Positions 1 through 9,393 are shown, numbered from the stretch's first letter. The stretch: DNA of 36,924 nucleotides from Bacteroidales bacterium UBA1458 (GCA_002325785.1 DCSU01000158.1:30141-67064), one strand, 5' to 3'. Notes: generated by a model from the sequence alone, not told the origin. Program-made: numbers and translations.

Positions 1-74
1 TTACGGACCTTCGACTTTACGGACTTTCGACTTAATAGACCCTCAGACCCTCAGGCCTTCTGACCTTTAGACTT
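1..74. repeat. Degenerate short tandem repeat (about 8-nt period, GAC(C/T)(C/T) core), probably continuing past the left window edge
   Basis: Parsed as ttacggac-cttcgac-tttacggac-tttcgac-ttaatagac-cctcagac-cctcaggc-cttctgac-ctttagac; the last units overlap the 3' end of the GT2 gene. Confidence 0.7.
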
Positions 75-1472
75 CTTTTTACTCTGGAAACCGCTTCTCT
101 CTGCCTTTCCCCATCCCTTCTTTCCGCGCATGGCCTCAAGGTTACCCCTTACGGCAAAATAGGTATGAACCGGGTAGAAGAAGGGCTCGAGCATGGCCGT
201 GCCTATCAGTCGAAGTACATCCCGTTTCCTGCGGTACTTGTGGAATGTTATCTCCTCAAAGAGGACAGCCCAGGTGGTCAGACTGACAGCAAAGCTATAG
301 ACGAAGAGGAACAGCAGCAGGAAGAATGGCAGGTTCAGAGAGCCGGTTATTGTGAGGTAAACGGTATAGATCATACCCAGGAAGGCAATCAGGGGCGCGG
401 CCCACTCAAACAGGAGCCAGTACGGGTAACCCAGCAGGCCGAGACGGCCATAATGGCTGTTGAGCATCATCTTGCGGTGTGACCAGAGTGACTCTATAAG
501 GCCCCTGGTCCATCTTGTTCTTTGCTTGCGCATCGATTTGAGGTCAGAGGGCACCTCTGTCCAGCAGAGCGGGTCAGGGATGTATGTGACCTCGTAGTTC
601 TCCTTGTGTTCAGCCATGTAGCGTCTCATCCTAAGTACCAGCTCCATATCCTCTCCCACAGTCTTAACGTTGTAGCCCCCGGCCTTGATAACTGTCTCGC
701 GATCAAACATCCCCATTGCTCCTGAGATGAGCATCAGCCCGTCGAGGTGACTCCATGCCATGCGGCCAAGGAGGAACGCGCGGGTATAATCAAGAACCTG
801 CAGCCGTGGCAGGAATTTCTTTGGCAGGTTAATCTGCTGAATATGTCCGCGTTCGATATCACATGAGTTGACAATACGTATAACACCGCCGGTACCGATG
901 ACCTTCTTGTCCTTCTCCTCTAGGAAGGGCTTGACGAGCTTAAGGATGGAGTCGGCCTCTATTATTGAGTCCGCATCAATGGTCACTATGAGATTACTGC
1001 GGCTGATATTGATACCCGCATTGAGCGAGTCAGCCTTGCCTCCGTTGTTCTTGTCTATTACGGTAAGGCGGTTGTAAGCAGGGTCTTTCGACTTGTAAAC
1101 GCCCCTGATTCTTTCGCAGGGGATCCGGTAATCAAAGTAATAGTTGACCCTCACCAGTTCGTATGATTCCCTGATCTTTTCAAAGGTATTGTCCGTTGAT
1201 CCGTCATTGACGATGATCACCTCAAAGTTGTTGTAATAGAGTGAGAGCAGGGTCCGGATATTGTCAATTATAGTCTTGCTCTCATTGAAAGCAGGTGCAA
1301 TGATGGTGATGCGCGGACTGAGGGGGGAGAGCACCAGCGAGTTGTAGTTGACATAACTGTTCTTGCGCAGGTATTTCCTGAGTGCCAGCGCCGAGTGAAT
1401 GCCAAGCAGCAGGTATGACCCGAAGAGTACAAGGGTCAGATAGAATATCAGATGTGCAAAGATAAATCCCAT
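51..1472 (-). CDS. Processive family 2 glycosyltransferase (PgaC/IcaA/cellulose-synthase-like), membrane-bound
   Basis: N-terminal TM; motifs PAFNE, VNDGSTD, GGKADSLN, DADS (DxD), GED, QRTRW (QxxRW); C-terminal TM helices. Confidence 0.92.
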   Translation of the reverse strand: MGFIFAHLIFYLTLVLFGSYLLLGIHSALALRKYLRKNSYVNYNSLVLSPLSPRITIIAPAFNESKTIIDNIRTLLSLYYNNFEVIIVNDGSTDNTFEKIRESYELVRVNYYFDYRIPCERIRGVYKSKDPAYNRLTVIDKNNGGKADSLNAGINISRSNLIVTIDADSIIEADSILKLVKPFLEEKDKKVIGTGGVIRIVNSCDIERGHIQQINLPKKFLPRLQVLDYTRAFLLGRMAWSHLDGLMLISGAMGMFDRETVIKAGGYNVKTVGEDMELVLRMRRYMAEHKENYEVTYIPDPLCWTEVPSDLKSMRKQRTRWTRGLIESLWSHRKMMLNSHYGRLGLLGYPYWLLFEWAAPLIAFLGMIYTVYLTITGSLNLPFFLLLFLFVYSFAVSLTTWAVLFEEITFHKYRRKRDVLRLIGTAMLEPFFYPVHTYFAVRGNLEAMRGKKGWGKAERSGFQSKKKSKGQKA

Positions 1473-1477
1473 GGTAT

Positions 1478-3211
1478 TCAGTATATCCTGCGGTCAAGCA
1501 CGTGCCTGACTATGATGTTATAGTTTTTATACTCCGACTTCATTACTTTGACAAGAGCCTGCACCCCGACCTCTCCCATATTCTCAATAGCCTTGACGGC
1601 CTCTATCTGCAACTGCACGTCGTCTTCCTTGTCAAGCACCAGCTTCAGGAATCCCAGCATGGATTGCTCAGGCATCTTCCCCATTGATTTTACTATCTCG
1701 AGGCAGTTATTGTATTCCTGGAACTTATACATGCGCTTCATGGTCTCCAGCGTACTTCTCAGGTCGAGGTCGCCGGCCACCTCCACCGCCAGCTGACTCA
1801 CCCGCTGGTCGCGGTGCAGAAGCACCTTTCTTATCTCCGGTTCAGCCTCCTTCTGTTTGAATTCCCTGATCATCCTGAGGGCGAACATAACTACCGTCGG
1901 GTTGGATGAGGAAAGCCATTTCTGGAAATCGGGGACAGGTATCTCATGCTGTATGATAAGGTCATGAAGGGTAATCTGTTCCCACAATGAGAAGGGCCTC
2001 TTCATCTGTGACAGGAAATCAAAGTGGTTCTCATCGCTCAGTCTGACCAGGGATATCTGTGCCTCCATCCTGAGGATCTCATTTTTGGAATTGAGGACCG
2101 CGTACATTTCATCGTTACCGTCCCTGATACCCATGAAGGCCAGTTCCCTGAAGCCCTTGATCTTCTTGTGCCACTTAATGCTCCGGGCCCTGGCCAGGGA
2201 GTCCACATCAAGATTCAGCTCCCTGTAAAGCTTCATCAGCTTCGCCTCTGATTCGCCCTTGAGGTTGACGCTGACGTCTATCATCTGGTCAATGAGCACC
2301 TGTCTGCGGTAATCATCTGAGGCTATCTTTCTGAAATCATCCGATCCTGTATTTCCGAAGAGATAATCGATAATAAGCGACTGGTACTGTTCGAGAAGAT
2401 ACTGCCTGAGCCTGGCCTCCTTCTCCATCCTGTTCCTGTTGAGGAGGATGACAACCAGGAGGACTATCATTGTGATAAACGATCCGATGATGGTAAATAT
2501 CAGGGCATTGACCAGTGCTACTGATTTGCCGAAATAGTTGTAGCGGGCGAGCCATGGGCTGTTCCCCCTGAGGAAGAATAGGTTGCTGAAATTACGCCTG
2601 ACAGGTGTGTTTTCAGCCGTGAAAGTTAAGGAATCAGGTTCTGCTGTCTGTGCCGCCGCCGACAATTCTTTTCCGCTTACAGCCGGTTCTTCAGTTAGGG
2701 CATCAGCCGGTTCTGCGGGGAGTTTTTCTTTTGGCTGGTCCCCTTCCGGATTTTCACGTGAGGTCGCAGCCGTTTCATCGGCAACCGGTGATTCCTGTGC
2801 AACCTCCGACCCGGTGGAATATGTTGCCACTCTTTCAGTTTCAGGGAAGTATACCGGTATATAAAGGCAGGGCGAGCTCTCTCTCAGGGCGCCGTTAATG
2901 AAAACCTTGAACATTTTTGCATCCTCAATCACCTCCACCGGTATCCCGAGCATCTCGGTAAGTCTCTTCTGCATTGCTTCAGCGTTTGCCCGGCGGTTGA
3001 AGGCACCCATCTGAATTGCAAAATTTCCGCGTGAGAGTGATACCAGCCCGTCAACAGTCAGTTCAGAAGGGAATGATGAGAGTACTGTCACTGCCGCTTC
3101 AGGAATGACAGCATTAATTGAGTCGGCTTCAGAGGCCCTGGTCAGGATAATAGCCTGCATTGGTACATTGTGAAAGGCCAGAGCCAGCAATATGGTAAAA
3201 ATCATCTTCAT
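1478..3211 (-). CDS. Membrane protein with signal peptide, SPOR-like motif, acidic low-complexity linker, one TM helix and C-terminal HEAT-repeat region
   Basis: FAIQMGAFNRRANAEAM resembles the SPOR N-terminal motif; hydrophobic ALIFTIIGSFITMIVLLVVILL; HEAT-like helical repeats (e.g. DKEDDVQLQIEAVKAIENMG); ATGA overlap with upstream gene. Confidence 0.8.
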   Translation of the reverse strand: MKMIFTILLALAFHNVPMQAIILTRASEADSINAVIPEAAVTVLSSFPSELTVDGLVSLSRGNFAIQMGAFNRRANAEAMQKRLTEMLGIPVEVIEDAKMFKVFINGALRESSPCLYIPVYFPETERVATYSTGSEVAQESPVADETAATSRENPEGDQPKEKLPAEPADALTEEPAVSGKELSAAAQTAEPDSLTFTAENTPVRRNFSNLFFLRGNSPWLARYNYFGKSVALVNALIFTIIGSFITMIVLLVVILLNRNRMEKEARLRQYLLEQYQSLIIDYLFGNTGSDDFRKIASDDYRRQVLIDQMIDVSVNLKGESEAKLMKLYRELNLDVDSLARARSIKWHKKIKGFRELAFMGIRDGNDEMYAVLNSKNEILRMEAQISLVRLSDENHFDFLSQMKRPFSLWEQITLHDLIIQHEIPVPDFQKWLSSSNPTVVMFALRMIREFKQKEAEPEIRKVLLHRDQRVSQLAVEVAGDLDLRSTLETMKRMYKFQEYNNCLEIVKSMGKMPEQSMLGFLKLVLDKEDDVQLQIEAVKAIENMGEVGVQALVKVMKSEYKNYNIIVRHVLDRRIY

Positions 3212-4299
3212 CTCACTTTCCCTATTCCTCTGATGATAGAGACGTTGCCCTCAAACCTGCTGCGATAATCCGAAGCGGCATAATTCTCATATGAAAATCC
3301 GGTACCCACCCTGACTGACCAGTAGGAGTTGATCTGGTTAAAGTATGTCAGCCTGATGCTTGCAGCCTTCTGCCTTTCGAGATCAGTTATAATGTCATAT
3401 GGTTCATCGGGGGCGGTTCCGGCTCCGAGAGTCAACTGCAGGTAATCGGTTGTACCGAAGTATCTTCTTGCATTGACAAAAAACGAGGTGGTTACGCCTA
3501 TATCCTTAAAATAGAAATAGCTTCGGCCGGAGAACCACCAGTTATTCAGGTATTTTTCAACCGAGATTGTACCGATCCAAATGCTTTGATGAAAATAGTA
3601 ATAGTTGGCTCCGGCTGAGACGGCCCATCCTTTGGGGAGTGTCTGCCACAGTTCGAGAGCGGCCCTGTGGCGGGGGAACCATGTGCCGGGGCTGTAGGCG
3701 TATGCCACATAGGCATAGTTCGTTTTTGTGAGTTCGGGCCAGGCTTCCGCCGCAAACTGATAGTCAGTGCCGGTCAGGTTTGAAGGTTCTCCCAGGGTGA
3801 TATGCCCGAGGTTCACTGATGCCACGGCCTGGCCCCATGAAAAGCGATGTCCGGCCCCCAGAGTGAATACTTGCCACAGCCTGTCATAAGGCTCTGAATA
3901 GGTATCGAACAGATAGCCTGCCCTGATATCTGTTGGGGGAGTGATTTGCTGCGACCTGTCGCGCGACCAGCGTCTTATGTCTCTCAGGGCTTCGAGTGCA
4001 TCGCTGTTATCAGGGTCAGTAATGAGGAGAGTATCAATAACAGCGGCACCCTCTTCATAATGACCCTGCCAGGCAAGTATCCTGCCAAGCAGCACCCTTG
4101 CGTCGCCGTAAGCGGGAAACTGCCTGACAAGGTCGCGGGCTGAGGGTTCAGCCCCGGCATAGTCGCCGGAAAGCGCCAGTGATCTTATCCTTGAGTACTC
4201 CTCTTCAGGGTTGGTAATAGTCTGAGAATAGAGTCCGCTCCCGGTCAGAGCCGCAATGAAAATTGTTATCAGCAATAATCTTATACTCCTGTGATGCAT
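3208..4299 (-). CDS. YaiO-family outer-membrane beta-barrel protein with N-terminal TPR
   Basis: Signal peptide, TPR-like DARVLLGRILAWQGHYEEG...PDNSDAL, followed by aromatic-rich alternating beta strands; context next to GT2 and HEAT genes. Confidence 0.8.
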   Translation of the reverse strand: MHHRSIRLLLITIFIAALTGSGLYSQTITNPEEEYSRIRSLALSGDYAGAEPSARDLVRQFPAYGDARVLLGRILAWQGHYEEGAAVIDTLLITDPDNSDALEALRDIRRWSRDRSQQITPPTDIRAGYLFDTYSEPYDRLWQVFTLGAGHRFSWGQAVASVNLGHITLGEPSNLTGTDYQFAAEAWPELTKTNYAYVAYAYSPGTWFPRHRAALELWQTLPKGWAVSAGANYYYFHQSIWIGTISVEKYLNNWWFSGRSYFYFKDIGVTTSFFVNARRYFGTTDYLQLTLGAGTAPDEPYDIITDLERQKAASIRLTYFNQINSYWSVRVGTGFSYENYAASDYRSRFEGNVSIIRGIGKVR

Positions 4300-4302
4300 A
4301 AC

Positions 4303-4665
4303 TTATATGAGGGTTACCGCAGCCCTGATCTTGCTGATCAGGTCTTCCGGGTCAAATGGCTTTGTTATATAACCGCTTACCTTCATCTCCCCTGCCTGTC
4401 GCTGTACCTGTGGGTCACTGAAGGCGGAAACGATAAGAACAGGCGTCTGCTTCTTCAGGTCTGTACGGAGAAACCTGATAACTTCCAGTCCGCTGTGGTA
4501 AGGAAGGTGAATATCAACAATCAAAACATCGAAATCGGTCTTCCGGAGCATCTCGATAGCCTTGTGTCCGTCGCTTACTGTTACGGGATCAAACCCCTCT
4601 CTTTCAAGAACTACAGACATGGCTCTCAGCGCCAGTTGATTATCTTCACAGATAAGTATCTTCAT
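4303..4665 (-). CDS. Stand-alone CheY-like response regulator receiver
   Basis: ILICEDN, phosphoacceptor VDIHLP, SG, SA, YITKPF; no output domain (120 aa). Confidence 0.93.
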   Translation of the reverse strand: MKILICEDNQLALRAMSVVLEREGFDPVTVSDGHKAIEMLRKTDFDVLIVDIHLPYHSGLEVIRFLRTDLKKQTPVLIVSAFSDPQVQRQAGEMKVSGYITKPFDPEDLISKIRAAVTLI

Positions 4666-4841
4666 TAGTGTTTTAGTTCTGACCTCCCGTTTACAATAGT
4701 ATTGAGGCTGATATGAGGCCTCAGTTATACGACCGCCAAAAATGGCTCTTTTTATGCTCCCAGCAAAGAAAAGGCACCCTCAATTTGACCTGTGTTGATA
4801 AATCGGTGATAACCCACCTTCACGGTACGACTAAAAAAAAC

Positions 4842-7800
4842 CTAAAGTTCCTTAATCCTCAGGTTCCGGAACCTGACCACAGATCCATGACCCAGAAAAC
4901 CTATGTGTCCCTTGCTGTTCTTCAGTCCGGGGTGATCCTTCCCGTCGATTGTTCCCTTCTCTATTGCTTCGGCAATGTCACCGTCAACAATAGTGGCACC
5001 ATTCAGAACCACCTTTATCCTTGTTCCCTTTACGGTCACCTCCTCATAGTTCCATTCGCCAACAGGTCTGAGGAATCCTCTTCTTGCAGGTATGACCCCG
5101 TAGACCGAACCGTGGTACTGATAGGGCTCCAGATCTGCAAAGATAGCTGCGGTATTATCGAGGATCTGCAGTTCCATGCCCACATAGGCGGCATCGCCTT
5201 CCTTCGGTGTCCGGATGGCGAGTCCGTTGTTGGCCCCCGGGGTGAGCTGAAACTCAAAGCGGAAGATAAAATCGGAATATTCCTTCACGGTGTACAGGTT
5301 TCCGCCGCTGTCATCTCCGGGCTTGATCACAATCATGCCATCCTCAACCGTGTATGAGACTTTGTTGCCATCCCAACTGTTGAGATCACTTCCGTTGAAG
5401 AGAGAGACGAAACCCTCCTCTTTCTCCTTCGGCGTAAGGACATATTCGGCAGACTTTATCTCACGTATATATATATCCCTGAAATTCAGATCGGTACCAT
5501 GAGCTTGAAGCTCCACTGCTCCCTTTTCGAATATAGGGATGGTTCTGTCCCAGTAGTTCTCCATGATCACATTGTCTGTCACCATCTCGCCATTAAGCCA
5601 TACAGAGACCCTCTCTCCTGTCATAAGGATACGGAAAGTATTCCATTGACCGACCGGATTATCTGCCACAGAAAGAGGTGCTGATGGATTAATCTGGTTG
5701 TTATAGAGTCCGCCTGAGCCCACCTGTGCACCGGCGTCTGTGCGTGATGTGTCCCATATCTGCACCTGTGGTGACCCGCGCAGGTAGATGCCGCTGTCGC
5801 CATCCCTGGTAATGCGCCAGTCGACATACATCTCAAAATCGCCGTAATCCTTTACGCTGCACATATTATCACCTGACCCGCTGAACCATATCATGCCATC
5901 CCTGACGCTCCAGTTATTCATCATCCTGATGTCAGCCTCCTTCTGCCTTGCGGCCAGTTCCTTCGCTTTCATCGCTTCCCTGGTAACAGGGTTGCCGACC
6001 AGCCCTTTCCACCCGGTAAGGTCGCGCCCGTTGAAAATAGATTCAAATTCTTCATCATCAGGCAGTTTCATTGATGCCACAGCCTCTTCAGCAGCTCTCA
6101 TGACCTCCTCTGCGGGATCTGAGAGGTACTGTGAGATGAAGAACCCAGCCTGTCGTATATCCAGGGCAGCAGCCATCGCAATCATCTCAGCCTTCGCGTC
6201 CGGTGCCATGGCATATGGAGCTATATCTTTAAGCAGCAGCAGCTTGCGCTCAGGGGTGACGGTAGCCATGGAGACCATTCTAAGATAGGCGTCAAAAGCC
6301 GGCCTGCCGAAGGTTTTGTTTCCTGAGACGCAGATATCATAAAGGGCTGACGCGGCTGAATGATCTGACCAGTGAGAAAGCGCATCAAAACAGACATCGC
6401 GTGTCAGAGCATCGCCGTTTTCAAACTCGTACGCCACCCGCTTCAGTGCTTCATCTCCTCCTGTGGTAGCCAGCAGGGGCATGAGCCTAAGCTTATCTCT
6501 GCTCTTTCCAAGGGCCTCAAGTATCATATCAGACCTTTTTGCCGGATCGTCACTGCGCATTGCGGCACTCAGCAGGGCACGCTGCAGTACGGTAATCTCG
6601 CCCTTCTCAGACGTCTGCTCAAGCAACTGGATTATCTGCGGCTGATCGTCCCATGAGGCCAGAGAAGCCAGCGAGGTCAGTGCTGCTGCTCTCACAGCCA
6701 TATCCTCCGCTGCGGTAAAGGGGTAAACCGTATTGAAATAATCGGTATCGCCTGACCAGGAAAGAAGCCACAACAGGGTTACGGTAGCGTGACCTCTTGA
6801 GGCCGTCAGTTTATCCGCCACCCTGGCCATGCTGGTGCTGTCGAGTATTGTTGTAAGGGCGTTGGCCGCTGCACGGTGGCCCTCTTCATTTTCATACTTC
6901 ATTATCCAGGCCAGAAGCGGATCCACTGCTCTTTCACCCTGCAGTTTGGCAAGGGCCGTGACGGCCTCCCCGGCCAGATTCTGTTCCGGATCGTTCAGGA
7001 CCTTCATCATAAGCGGAACGGCAAGTTCATCTCCCCTTTCGCCCAGCATGAAGAGTATCCCGGGTCTGGCATCACTGCTGACCTTTGCATACCTGTTAAT
7101 CCATTTTTTTGTCACGTCACTACCCGGCATGGCAGCTGCCATCCGCAGCGCTCCTCCGCGTACCGCCACATCCTGATCATCGGCAGCCTCGAGCAGCATG
7201 TTCAGGGCACCATTGCCCTTTACCGCGGTTATGACACTCATTGCGGCCAGGCGCTGACTGGCCGTCGCAGGCGTATTACTTTTTGAAATGACCAGGTCTG
7301 TAATCTTCTCCATCTCCCTTGCATTGCCTGCAAGGCCTGCATTTCCTGCATAGAGTAATAACGACTGCACTGCACCTGTGGGATCCCATTTATAAGAGAC
7401 CATCTCCGCCGCCTGCAACAGCAGAGGACCCGCTTTTGGATCACCCGTTGATGCCATGGCAAAGAGTGCTGCCGTCCGCTCTGCTTCGGAGCCCTTTTCA
7501 TTCCAGGCAATATAGCTGTCAAGCGCGCCGGGATAATTGTTTTCCGCAAGAGCAACCATTATCTGGGCGGCACAGGGTGATGATGAGGCTCTAAGCACTG
7601 ATGCCAGCAGATCAAGGGCAGCGTCGTTCCCTATAGACTGCAGGGTCATGACCGCGTCATCACAGCTCTCATCACTGCCTGCAAAGATGCTGAGCGCCTT
7701 TACTGCATCACCAGACCCTATCAGGTTAAGCTGTCTCATGAAGAAAACCCTCACATCCCTGTCTGTGGCAGCATTCATAAATTTGATGCACTGCTTCTCC

Positions 7801-8108
7801 CACTCTCTCACACGGGTGTCATCCTTATCACCCGATAGATGAGCCGTGAGTGATGAGACGGCATAACGTGCCCTGACATCGTCACCGGTGCCGGCAGGCA
7901 ACACCTGTCCGCATATGATACCGGTTCCCTCCTCACCCAGCGAGTACATCTCTTCCATGAGACGTGCGGTAAGCTCCCTGCTGTCTGACGGCAGCCTGGC
8001 CAGCAGATCGGCCACCCGCGTCTCAAGGGTCCTAACATCCTGGGCATTGAGAGCTGCATGGAGCAGCAGCACAGCCGAGACAGTCAATAACGTTCTGAGT
8101 CTGTTCAT
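4842..8108 (-). CDS. Secreted protein with a long HEAT/alpha-solenoid region and two C-terminal DUF1080 (3-keto-disaccharide hydrolase-type) domains
   Basis: Signal peptide; HEAT-like repeats over about 680 aa; two domains starting FESIFNGRDLTGW and FVSLFNGSDLNSW with DSGIYLRG/NNGLAIR, GQWN/GEWN, LQAHG/FLGHG and FRDI/FRNL motifs. Confidence 0.85.
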   Translation of the reverse strand: MNRLRTLLTVSAVLLLHAALNAQDVRTLETRVADLLARLPSDSRELTARLMEEMYSLGEEGTGIICGQVLPAGTGDDVRARYAVSSLTAHLSGDKDDTRVREWEKQCIKFMNAATDRDVRVFFMRQLNLIGSGDAVKALSIFAGSDESCDDAVMTLQSIGNDAALDLLASVLRASSSPCAAQIMVALAENNYPGALDSYIAWNEKGSEAERTAALFAMASTGDPKAGPLLLQAAEMVSYKWDPTGAVQSLLLYAGNAGLAGNAREMEKITDLVISKSNTPATASQRLAAMSVITAVKGNGALNMLLEAADDQDVAVRGGALRMAAAMPGSDVTKKWINRYAKVSSDARPGILFMLGERGDELAVPLMMKVLNDPEQNLAGEAVTALAKLQGERAVDPLLAWIMKYENEEGHRAAANALTTILDSTSMARVADKLTASRGHATVTLLWLLSWSGDTDYFNTVYPFTAAEDMAVRAAALTSLASLASWDDQPQIIQLLEQTSEKGEITVLQRALLSAAMRSDDPAKRSDMILEALGKSRDKLRLMPLLATTGGDEALKRVAYEFENGDALTRDVCFDALSHWSDHSAASALYDICVSGNKTFGRPAFDAYLRMVSMATVTPERKLLLLKDIAPYAMAPDAKAEMIAMAAALDIRQAGFFISQYLSDPAEEVMRAAEEAVASMKLPDDEEFESIFNGRDLTGWKGLVGNPVTREAMKAKELAARQKEADIRMMNNWSVRDGMIWFSGSGDNMCSVKDYGDFEMYVDWRITRDGDSGIYLRGSPQVQIWDTSRTDAGAQVGSGGLYNNQINPSAPLSVADNPVGQWNTFRILMTGERVSVWLNGEMVTDNVIMENYWDRTIPIFEKGAVELQAHGTDLNFRDIYIREIKSAEYVLTPKEKEEGFVSLFNGSDLNSWDGNKVSYTVEDGMIVIKPGDDSGGNLYTVKEYSDFIFRFEFQLTPGANNGLAIRTPKEGDAAYVGMELQILDNTAAIFADLEPYQYHGSVYGVIPARRGFLRPVGEWNYEEVTVKGTRIKVVLNGATIVDGDIAEAIEKGTIDGKDHPGLKNSKGHIGFLGHGSVVRFRNLRIKEL

Positions 8109-8130
8109 GATTATCGTGTTGTTTAATATT

Positions 8131-9393
8131 TTACATATGCCATTCGCCTCGCATAGGCTGGTCGATCAATTTATTTGCCGCATCATCACCGACAAAGAGC
8201 TGGTTCACCGGATCAAACCTGAGGTTTCTGCCCAGGCGTAGTGCAACGACACCCATGTTTACTATAGTGCATGACCTGTGCCCGTTCGTCTCGTTTAGGG
8301 CAAAGGGTTTTCTTGTCCTTACCGACTCTGAGAAAAGGGTTACCTGGGGTGCAGGGTCAGGAAGGTCATTTACCAGGTCAGCCAGATTGGGTATGTCGGA
8401 GACAAAGCCCTTGAATATCTTGCCTGACGGCCCTTCAATGTATGCAGCATCCTTATCGCGGTTTTCACCGTCGAGTATAATGCTGCACCCGTCGTCATAG
8501 GTGTAGGTTATCCGTCTCCATGACCCGACAGCGTCATAATGCTGCTGAGGTGCATCGATTTCCACAGCAACGGGGCTGGTATCATCCTTGCCCAACATGT
8601 ATTGCACAGGGTCAATATAATGCTGGCCCATATCTCCAAGACCTCCTCCGTCATAATCCCAGTATCCGCGGAAGTTCTCATGGACCCTCATCTTGTTATA
8701 TGGTTTGAAGGGTGCAGGCCCGAGCCACATATCATAGTCAAGGTCCGAAGGCACCGGCTGGGGTTCCAGGTCAGTCAGCCCGCTCCAGTAGAACTTCCAG
8801 TCATAGCCTGTGATGCCGCTGATGGTCACCTTCAGTGGCCAGCCCAACACCCCGCTGTCTATAATCTTTTTAAGAGGCATTACGGTGGTGCCGAGGCCAT
8901 AGAACTGGCCGCTGAACCTGAACCAGGTGTTGAGCCTGAACATCCTTCCGTTCGCCTTCACCGCCTCAACAAGCCTCTTCCCCTCGCCAATGGTGCGTGT
9001 CATGGGCTTCTCGCACCATATATCCTTTCCCGCTTCTGCGGCCATCCGGGCAATTATGCCGTGCCAGTGAGGCGGAGTGGCAATGTGTACAATATCGATG
9101 TCAGGCCTGGATATGAGCTCCCGGAAGTCGTGATACCCTGTCACTCCCTTCCCGGCCCTGTCCAGTGCCCTCCTGAGATGAGCCGAGTCAACATCACATA
9201 CTGCCAGGAGACGGGTGTTCTCGTACCCGAAATGGCCGAGGCCCATTCCTCCGACACCGATTATCCCCTTGGTAAGCTGATCACTGGGTGCCAGATATCC
9301 ACTGCCGCCAAGAACGTGACGGGGAATGAGCGTTAGACCGAGTCCGGCAGCCGTGCTTCTGGCAATGAACCTGCGTCTTCCTGTTTTTTCCAT
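8131..9393 (-). CDS. Gfo/Idh/MocA-family NAD-dependent oxidoreductase with twin-arginine signal
   Basis: GRRRFI Tat motif; IIGVGGMG Rossmann loop; IATPPHWH; CEKP; DMGQHYID. Confidence 0.9.
   Translation of the reverse strand: MEKTGRRRFIARSTAAGLGLTLIPRHVLGGSGYLAPSDQLTKGIIGVGGMGLGHFGYENTRLLAVCDVDSAHLRRALDRAGKGVTGYHDFRELISRPDIDIVHIATPPHWHGIIARMAAEAGKDIWCEKPMTRTIGEGKRLVEAVKANGRMFRLNTWFRFSGQFYGLGTTVMPLKKIIDSGVLGWPLKVTISGITGYDWKFYWSGLTDLEPQPVPSDLDYDMWLGPAPFKPYNKMRVHENFRGYWDYDGGGLGDMGQHYIDPVQYMLGKDDTSPVAVEIDAPQQHYDAVGSWRRITYTYDDGCSIILDGENRDKDAAYIEGPSGKIFKGFVSDIPNLADLVNDLPDPAPQVTLFSESVRTRKPFALNETNGHRSCTIVNMGVVALRLGRNLRFDPVNQLFVGDDAANKLIDQPMRGEWHM

Noticed and set aside
1-74. CRISPR array or terminator interpretation of the left-edge repeats
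   Set aside because: Units are 7-9 nt with no spacers and no inverted stem; no cas genes in the window
4713-5357. 214-aa plus-strand ORF
   Set aside because: Mostly antisense to the DUF1080 domains; no motif support
8539-9336. 265-aa plus-strand ORF
   Set aside because: Entirely antisense to the well-supported Gfo/Idh/MocA gene, no recognisable motifs; shadow ORF
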